A DNA stretch of 11,521 nucleotides from Candidatus Krumholzibacteriia bacterium (GTDB taxonomy: Bacteria; Krumholzibacteriota; Krumholzibacteriia; WVZY01). Shown here in pieces: positions 6,634 through 11,521 of this stretch. The notes under the pieces are model-generated. The model saw only the letters and a program-made list of their open reading frames with translations. It made no database searches and had not been told where the DNA came from. Made by a program: the position numbers and the translations under genes. Where the stretch lies: the NCBI GenBank assembly GCA_046754105.1, contig JBHHVD010000094.1:1-11521 (forward strand), in the 5' to 3' direction. Each line of letters starts with the position of its first letter. Positions within the stretch are counted from its first letter, which is position 1.

Positions 6634-7104
6634 TTATTCGTCGGTGGCCCACATGCTCGCCGTCAATTGCAGGCCTTTCTGCTCACTGCGATCCTGCATC
6701 TCCTCGAATATCCGCCGGTAACCCGTGCGACTGATTCTCCACTCACCGTCCACCTTGACATACTCGTCTTCGTAGAAAGCGGCCCCCCGGATCGTAAGGC
6801 CGAGCTCGATCTCGATGATCTCGTCACGCATGGCCCAGATCCCGGTCGCAGTGATCGGACTCGTAATTTCGATCTCCGGGTGGTGCACATGGTGACTGGA
6901 GTGAAAACTCGGTGCGCTCATCGAGTCCATCAGGAATTTCATGATCGCCTCAATGCCCTGGAAACTGTACTTGCCGTCGCTGTAGCTCGTAACCGCGTCC
7001 GAGGTGAAGCACTCGGCCAGCTCGGGCCAGCGCTTCTGGTCGAGGAGCCTGATGTATCGATACTTAAGCCTCTTGATAGCCTCGAGTTCCTGGAGATCTA
7101 CCAA
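6634..7104 (-). CDS. SnoaL-like / NTF2-family protein resembling bile acid 7-alpha-dehydratase BaiE
   Basis: EAIKRLKYRYIRLLDQKRW, TSYSDGK, HSSHHVHHPEIEITS..TATGIW..RD, GAAFYEDEYVKVDGEWRI..TGY.RIFEE follow the BaiE/SnoaL_4 pattern as I recall it. TTG start with GGAGGG RBS, 1 nt after the upstream stop. Confidence 0.88.
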   Translation of the reverse strand: MVDLQELEAIKRLKYRYIRLLDQKRWPELAECFTSDAVTSYSDGKYSFQGIEAIMKFLMDSMSAPSFHSSHHVHHPEIEITSPITATGIWAMRDEIIEIELGLTIRGAAFYEDEYVKVDGEWRISRTGYRRIFEEMQDRSEQKGLQLTASMWATDE

Positions 7105-7105
7105 C

Positions 7106-8023
7106 TCAATCCCTCCCCCTCAGCAACTCCGGATGCCGCGCTTCGACCATGCGGTGGAACCCGTCTTTCCAGGGCACCGTGGATTCGCCGATCAGATCGC
7201 GCATGCGCGTAGTGTCCATGATGGCGCTTTCGATCGTGTGCTCGGTGGGCTCCAGCTTCGGCTCGATCCCGGTGAGTTCTCCGAGATAGCTACACCAGTC
7301 TTCGATGCTCACGCGCTCCTTCCCCGCCCAGTTTACGATCGTCGCCGGAACCGAGGCCACCTCTAGCAACCGCGGGATCTGGTCGATGATATCGTCCGAG
7401 TGAATGGGATTGTATACGCTTGGCGCGTCGACATGCACGGGAATCGTTTGTCCCATGAGCATCAGCTCCAGGTGAAAGGCGGGCCAGCCCCCAAAGTCAC
7501 CGTAGGGAACGTTGAGGCGCGCTATCGTCGTCGGCAGGTTCCAGAGGCGGGCGGATAGGCGCGCCACGCCTTCGGTCGCGATCTTGCAGATGCTGTAGGT
7601 CGGGAGAAAACCGAAAGGCTTGTGATTGTCTCCGAGCCGGTCGGTCTCCGCCAACGCCTCGTGCCCCTTCGGTTCGTAGACTGCACTGGATGAGCAGTGA
7701 AGGAACGCCTTTGCGTTCCGAACGTGGTGCATGAGGAGCCCGGTCCCCTCGGCGTTAGCTCGCAGATCGCTATCGAAGTCGTGGGTCTTCGACACGGCGA
7801 AGTGGAGCACGTATCCAAAGTCGTCGGGAAGGTCCGCGAAGTCGCCCGTGGCGAAGTCGACGGTCGCGCAGCGCACCCCGTAGCCTTCGATCCGTTGGCG
7901 CGAGGCGGAGTCGCTGAATCGCGCCGCACCCCAGACTTCGTTCTTCTCCGCCAGCGCGCGCGCAATCGGGTTTCCAACCTGTCCTGTGAGGCCAGTTACA
8001 AGGATCTTCTCGTTGGTCAGCAT
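7106..8023 (-). CDS. NAD(P)-dependent epimerase/dehydratase family oxidoreductase (extended SDR), 305 aa
   Basis: Rossmann motif KILVTGLTGQVG, SSSAVY and catalytic YSICK (YxxxK), followed by RLNVPYG. Start set to ATG 8023, 16 nt after the sulfotransferase stop; the longer ORF call overlaps the upstream gene. Confidence 0.9.
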   Translation of the reverse strand: MLTNEKILVTGLTGQVGNPIARALAEKNEVWGAARFSDSASRQRIEGYGVRCATVDFATGDFADLPDDFGYVLHFAVSKTHDFDSDLRANAEGTGLLMHHVRNAKAFLHCSSSAVYEPKGHEALAETDRLGDNHKPFGFLPTYSICKIATEGVARLSARLWNLPTTIARLNVPYGDFGGWPAFHLELMLMGQTIPVHVDAPSVYNPIHSDDIIDQIPRLLEVASVPATIVNWAGKERVSIEDWCSYLGELTGIEPKLEPTEHTIESAIMDTTRMRDLIGESTVPWKDGFHRMVEARHPELLRGRD

Positions 8024-8039
8024 GGAATATTTTTCTCTC

Positions 8040-9191
8040 TCAAGTCGGAAGGTCGAAGCGCGTGATATACCCCGCGAGCCGATCTTTGACAGCCCCCACT
8101 GTAAGACCGAACTTCGCCAAATCGTACTCGTGCTCTCCGTGCCTCCCGGCTGGATTAGCCGCCACGTGCTCACCCATGGCGCGTTCAACATCCGGGGTCA
8201 GTTCAAGGTTGAAGTAGCTGTAGATCGCCTCCGCCGTCGCCATCGGATCAGCAACGAACTCCTCGTAGTCGACATCGGTGAAGCGGTCTGCGCGCGATGC
8301 GTCCCGCAGCGTCAGCCCTCGTTCGAGGCTTACGGAAAGGTACTCGAGCACGACCGATCCCAGGTTCGGGATCGGAGCGCAGCCACGCGAGCAAAGAAGC
8401 GCCTCCATCATGCTGCAGTACGACGCGACTGCCTCGACGGGGTTGCGGTGAGTTACGACTATGCACGCATCCGGAAACATCTCGATCAAAACGTCAAGCG
8501 CCCAAAGGTGCGCGGGCGACTTGAGCAACCAGCGCTTACCCGGGCGCTGCCAGTCGAGCATCTTCAGCAGGTCGCGGTAGTAGGAATAGGACGCCCGGAG
8601 GTCCTGCTTCCGAAACCAGGAGGCGTAGGGCTCCATCAGCACCTCTATCCCCATCTGCACATCGCAGAACGCGTGCGCCATCAGCAGAACACACTCCTCG
8701 GGGGTATCGGCGCTCGCGAAGTGGATCTTGCTCCACTCCGGGTTCCTCTCGCGCATACGGTCGTAGCTCGCGCGCACCGCCTCCCGGCGCGGATCGGGCT
8801 GGCCAGGCTCCAGGCCCTCGATCGGATCGGGAAACAGCCCCTCCCACAGCAGCAGGGGCCGGGCAGCGGGGTCACTCCCCAGTAGGTTGAACAGCGCTGA
8901 GGTGCCGGTTCGGGGCAGCCCGGTGAGATAGACCGGGCTGCGGATCTCTCGCTCCCGGATCTCCGGGTGCTTGCGCAGGGCCTCCTGAATGCGCAGTCGG
9001 CTCCCCAGGAGCTGGACGACCCGCCGAAAGTTCAGCTTGCGCCCCTTCTCACCGAGACCGGCCGTATCTCGGTAGGTCTCGAGCAGAACGCCGAGTCCTT
9101 CCCGAAAATCGTCGCCCCCGAAATCGTTGAGTCCCGACGCCTCGCGCGCCGCCTCGAGGACCGCCGCTTCGGTCAACTCGAACTCGCTCAC
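8040..9191 (-). CDS. PAPS-dependent sulfotransferase family protein (Sulfotransfer_3 type), 383 aa
   Basis: 5'-PSB loop PVYLTGLPRTGTSAL, PEEC, RWLLKSPAHL, 3'-PB VVTHRNPVEAVASYCS and DVDYEEFVADP. GTG start at 9191 overlaps the DUF1214 stop as GTGA. Confidence 0.9.
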   Translation of the reverse strand: MSEFELTEAAVLEAAREASGLNDFGGDDFREGLGVLLETYRDTAGLGEKGRKLNFRRVVQLLGSRLRIQEALRKHPEIREREIRSPVYLTGLPRTGTSALFNLLGSDPAARPLLLWEGLFPDPIEGLEPGQPDPRREAVRASYDRMRERNPEWSKIHFASADTPEECVLLMAHAFCDVQMGIEVLMEPYASWFRKQDLRASYSYYRDLLKMLDWQRPGKRWLLKSPAHLWALDVLIEMFPDACIVVTHRNPVEAVASYCSMMEALLCSRGCAPIPNLGSVVLEYLSVSLERGLTLRDASRADRFTDVDYEEFVADPMATAEAIYSYFNLELTPDVERAMGEHVAANPAGRHGEHEYDLAKFGLTVGAVKDRLAGYITRFDLPT

Positions 9192-10291
9192 CCCCTGGCC
9201 TCCTCGAGCCTGATCACGCTCGTGCTGGGCTGCGGGTGCTCCTCTGCGCCTACCCAACGCCAGCACATGGTCCCCCGCTCGTGCCCGCAGGTATCGAGCC
9301 AGTTGTCGACGCCGGGATCGCGACACGCGACGACCACGCGCACCGAGCCGTCGGCCCGCAGCTTTGCCGTATGGGGATTGACGTGTACCTGGAAATAGCG
9401 GTACTCGAGAGATTCCAGCCAGTGGTTGGCAAGCTGGAAATTCCAGTAGTCGCACTCGGGCGGTGTCGCTTCGATCACGAGTGCCTCGTCAGTCGCGAGT
9501 TCCCAGTAGCCGTGGTAGTAGGCTATGTTGGGATCACCACCCGCGGCCAGTGCGCGCTCAGGGTCAAAGCGAGGTAGCTCGTTGGTGTGCTCCCTGAAGC
9601 CCTGGGCCCATTCGTGGAACATCCTGGCACATCCGCTCACAAAACCTGCCGCCCCCTGAAGCGCGCGATCGACCCGCACGGGATCGAGATGACGCGGCCG
9701 GTGCGGACCGTCGGTGCGTTCAATACGAAGCTGCGCCGGAACTTCGTTCTGGTGGTCCTGTCGAGTCTGACGGACGATCAGTAAGCGGCTGTCGGGCTCC
9801 ATGGGAAGCCAGTTCCCGGGCCGCTTGTCCGCGCTAACAGTGATCTCGAAGCTCCCGTCCCTCCTCATTTCGATCTCACTCGCATCGAGGTATCCGGTCG
9901 TCTCGAGGGTGCCGGTCGTCGCGTAGCTTCCCCTTTGGGTACCAAACCCCAGGTAGCGCACGGTTCCACGGGTGCCAGTAAGCCGATAGCTATAGGTGCC
10001 GTTGATCGGCGCGCTCAAGTAGATATTGTCGGGGTTGTCCATGCCCATCTTGATCGTCTCGTGGGCCGCGCGGCGGAATTCGGGGGCCCGAGCGTCGGAG
10101 GCCTCCATCATCGTCTCCAAGGCAGCACGTGTCAGGCGGGTGAGATAGCGCCATCCTTCGGCGCGCGTGAGCGGATCATCGGGTGCTCCCTCGTCGAGTA
10201 TCACCGCTCCGGCGGCCTCGAGGGCCTTGCAGAAGTCGCTCCAGCTCGAGCCGTCCACGACCCTCTTTATGGATTCGCTCGCGTCACTCAT
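9188..10291 (-). CDS. DUF1214 domain-containing protein (sulfotransferase-associated type), 367 aa
   Basis: AEGWRYLTRL, KMGMDNPDNIY..API...YSYRLTGTRG, DGSFEI, LIVRQ, YYHGYWEL..DEALVIE..PP.C.YWNFQL.NHW.ESL, DGSVRVVVA.RDPGVDNWLDTCGH.RG.MCWRW match the family commonly found next to sulfotransferases. Confidence 0.85.
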   Translation of the reverse strand: MSDASESIKRVVDGSSWSDFCKALEAAGAVILDEGAPDDPLTRAEGWRYLTRLTRAALETMMEASDARAPEFRRAAHETIKMGMDNPDNIYLSAPINGTYSYRLTGTRGTVRYLGFGTQRGSYATTGTLETTGYLDASEIEMRRDGSFEITVSADKRPGNWLPMEPDSRLLIVRQTRQDHQNEVPAQLRIERTDGPHRPRHLDPVRVDRALQGAAGFVSGCARMFHEWAQGFREHTNELPRFDPERALAAGGDPNIAYYHGYWELATDEALVIEATPPECDYWNFQLANHWLESLEYRYFQVHVNPHTAKLRADGSVRVVVACRDPGVDNWLDTCGHERGTMCWRWVGAEEHPQPSTSVIRLEEARG

Positions 10292-10300
10292 TGCACACCG

Positions 10301-10329
10301 GCCATAGAGACAATCAGAACGGTTATCAA
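10301..10329 (-). promoter_or_regulatory. Candidate sigma70 promoter of the four-gene operon with an overlapping imperfect palindrome
   Basis: Minus-strand TTGATA (10329-10324) N17 TATGGC (10306-10301), 9 nt before ATG 10291, no SD. Palindrome TCAGAAC-G-GTTATCA at 10314-10328. Confidence 0.3.
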
Positions 10330-10528
10330 AACAGCTGGTGAGCGAGGTTATATAGGCCGCCGGGTTCTGTCGATCAGTAGGTCCATCAAGTCCTTGAGCG
10401 CCGCGCCAATGGCCGGCCCCTTCCGCAAACCTCGCCCGAGCCCCTTGGGGGCACGCTCGTTGCCGGTGGCTGAGGAACAGCCCCGGCGAGTTCCTCTCCT
10501 TGGCCCATTGCGATAGACTTTACACACC

Positions 10529-10951
10529 ATGGCGACTGTTGGAGTTCCAGCTGACGCAGACCTTGTAGAATTCGTAGTCGATGCTCTTTCGGGCGTCGGC
10601 ATCGATGGGGTCGAGGCGGTCTACGTTTTCGGATCTGTCGCCGAGGCGCGAGTGCGCGACGACAGCGACGTGGATCTCGCGTTCCTCACCGCTCGCGCGC
10701 GGGACCGGGTCGCGGTATTCGACGCGGCCCAGGCGCTGGCGCAACGCCTGGGCCGAGAGGTCGATCTTATCGACTTGCGTCGCGCATCGACGGTGATGAA
10801 ACTGCAGGTGCTCGACAAAGGCCGCCGAATCTATACGCGTGACGTCGTTTCGGCCGATACTTTCGAAATGTACGCCTACAGCGATTACGCGAGGTTGCAG
10901 GAAGAACGAGCCCCGACCCTCCGTGCATTCGAGTCTTTATACGATGACTGA
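10529..10951 (+). CDS. mntA: Type VII toxin-antitoxin MntA family adenylyltransferase antitoxin (minimal nucleotidyltransferase)
   Basis: VYVFGS-VAEARVRDDS-DVD gives GSx10DxD (10631-10675); LGREVDLIDL; overlaps the downstream HEPN gene by 8 nt (ATGACTGA). Confidence 0.93.
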   Translation: MATVGVPADADLVEFVVDALSGVGIDGVEAVYVFGSVAEARVRDDSDVDLAFLTARARDRVAVFDAAQALAQRLGREVDLIDLRRASTVMKLQVLDKGRRIYTRDVVSADTFEMYAYSDYARLQEERAPTLRAFESLYDD

Positions 10952-11345
10952 CGACGTCGTGCGCAACAAGGCGCTCGTGATCGAGCGGTGCCTAGCTCGT
11001 GTTCGTGACGAGTTTCGTTGTGATCATAGCAGGCTTGACGATCAGACCATCGAGGATGCGATCGTGCTCAACCTGCAGCGCGCGTGCGAGTCTGCGATCG
11101 ACCTGGCGATGCACGTCGTGGCGAGTGAACGACTCGGCGTCCCGCAGGAATCGAGGGAGGCGTTTTCGTTGCTCGAGAAGGCCGGTCGTATCGATTTGGC
11201 GACGGCAGACGCCATGCGGAGAATGGTAGGATTTCGGAACATCGCCGTTCATGAATACCAAGCGTTGAGCCGTCCCATATTGATCAGCATCCTCGAGAAC
11301 AACCTCGAAGATTTTGGCACGCTGGTCAAGGCCTTACTGCGCTAG
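10944..11345 (+). CDS. hepT: Type VII toxin-antitoxin HepT family HEPN RNase toxin (DUF86), 133 aa
   Basis: MTDDVVRNKALVIERCLARV, DAIVLNLQRACESAIDLAMH, LGVPQESREAF, MVGFRNIAVHEY with the Rx4HxY motif at 11235-11258; ATG 10944 is coupled to the mntA stop. Confidence 0.93.
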   Translation: MTDDVVRNKALVIERCLARVRDEFRCDHSRLDDQTIEDAIVLNLQRACESAIDLAMHVVASERLGVPQESREAFSLLEKAGRIDLATADAMRRMVGFRNIAVHEYQALSRPILISILENNLEDFGTLVKALLR

Positions 11346-11521
11346 CAAATGCGACCGGGTTCCACCCAAACCCAACCGCACGAATTCCCGGCAGCGAACG
11401 GATTATCGCACACGCGCCCGCCCGTTGAACAGATATCGCGCTGAGTGCGAAAACTAGGGTGCTAGGCCTGAAATAAGCGATAGCGCGAGCAGCCAGCGGA
11501 ATCGAGGTGGAGCTAGAACGC

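Noticed and set aside
9192..9455. N-terminal extensions of the sulfotransferase (to 9455), SDR (to 8191) and HepT (from 10839)
   Set aside because: Each overlaps the upstream gene; internal coupled starts fit the family N-termini.
6314..10323. 13/15 inverted match ACCGTTCTGGCTGTC (6314-6328) with GACAATCAGAACGGT (10309-10323) flanking the operon
   Set aside because: Matches of this strength are expected by chance among intergenic pairs; no transposase or target-site duplication.
11346..11521. Right-end non-coding stretch as terminator, tRNA or att site
   Set aside because: No convincing hairpin with U-tract, cloverleaf or repeat of another part of the window.

Overview
High-GC bacterial chromosomal window; the style of its secreted proteins suggests Binatota, Myxococcota or another deltaproteobacteria-like lineage (inference, not verified). 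In order it contains: (1) a membrane-anchored TolB-like/TPR protein with no N-terminal cyclase or effector domain (-); (2) a divergent secreted protein with seven FG-GAP (integrin-alpha) repeats and a Cys-rich dockerin-like tail, preceded by a plausible sigma54 promoter and an upstream inverted repeat (+); (3) a convergent, lower-GC, two-domain secreted hypothetical protein (-); (4) a ~0.9 kb gap holding a frameshifted remnant of a secreted-protein gene, a G10 tract and several hairpins; (5) a tight four-gene operon (-): DUF1214 protein, PAPS-type sulfotransferase, extended SDR, BaiE-like SnoaL dehydratase; (6) a type VII MntA/HepT toxin-antitoxin pair (+). The best candidate for an uncharacterised system is the four-gene operon, a possible sulfation-oxidation-elimination route acting on a steroid-like substrate. 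No rRNA, tRNA, CRISPR array or transposase was seen.
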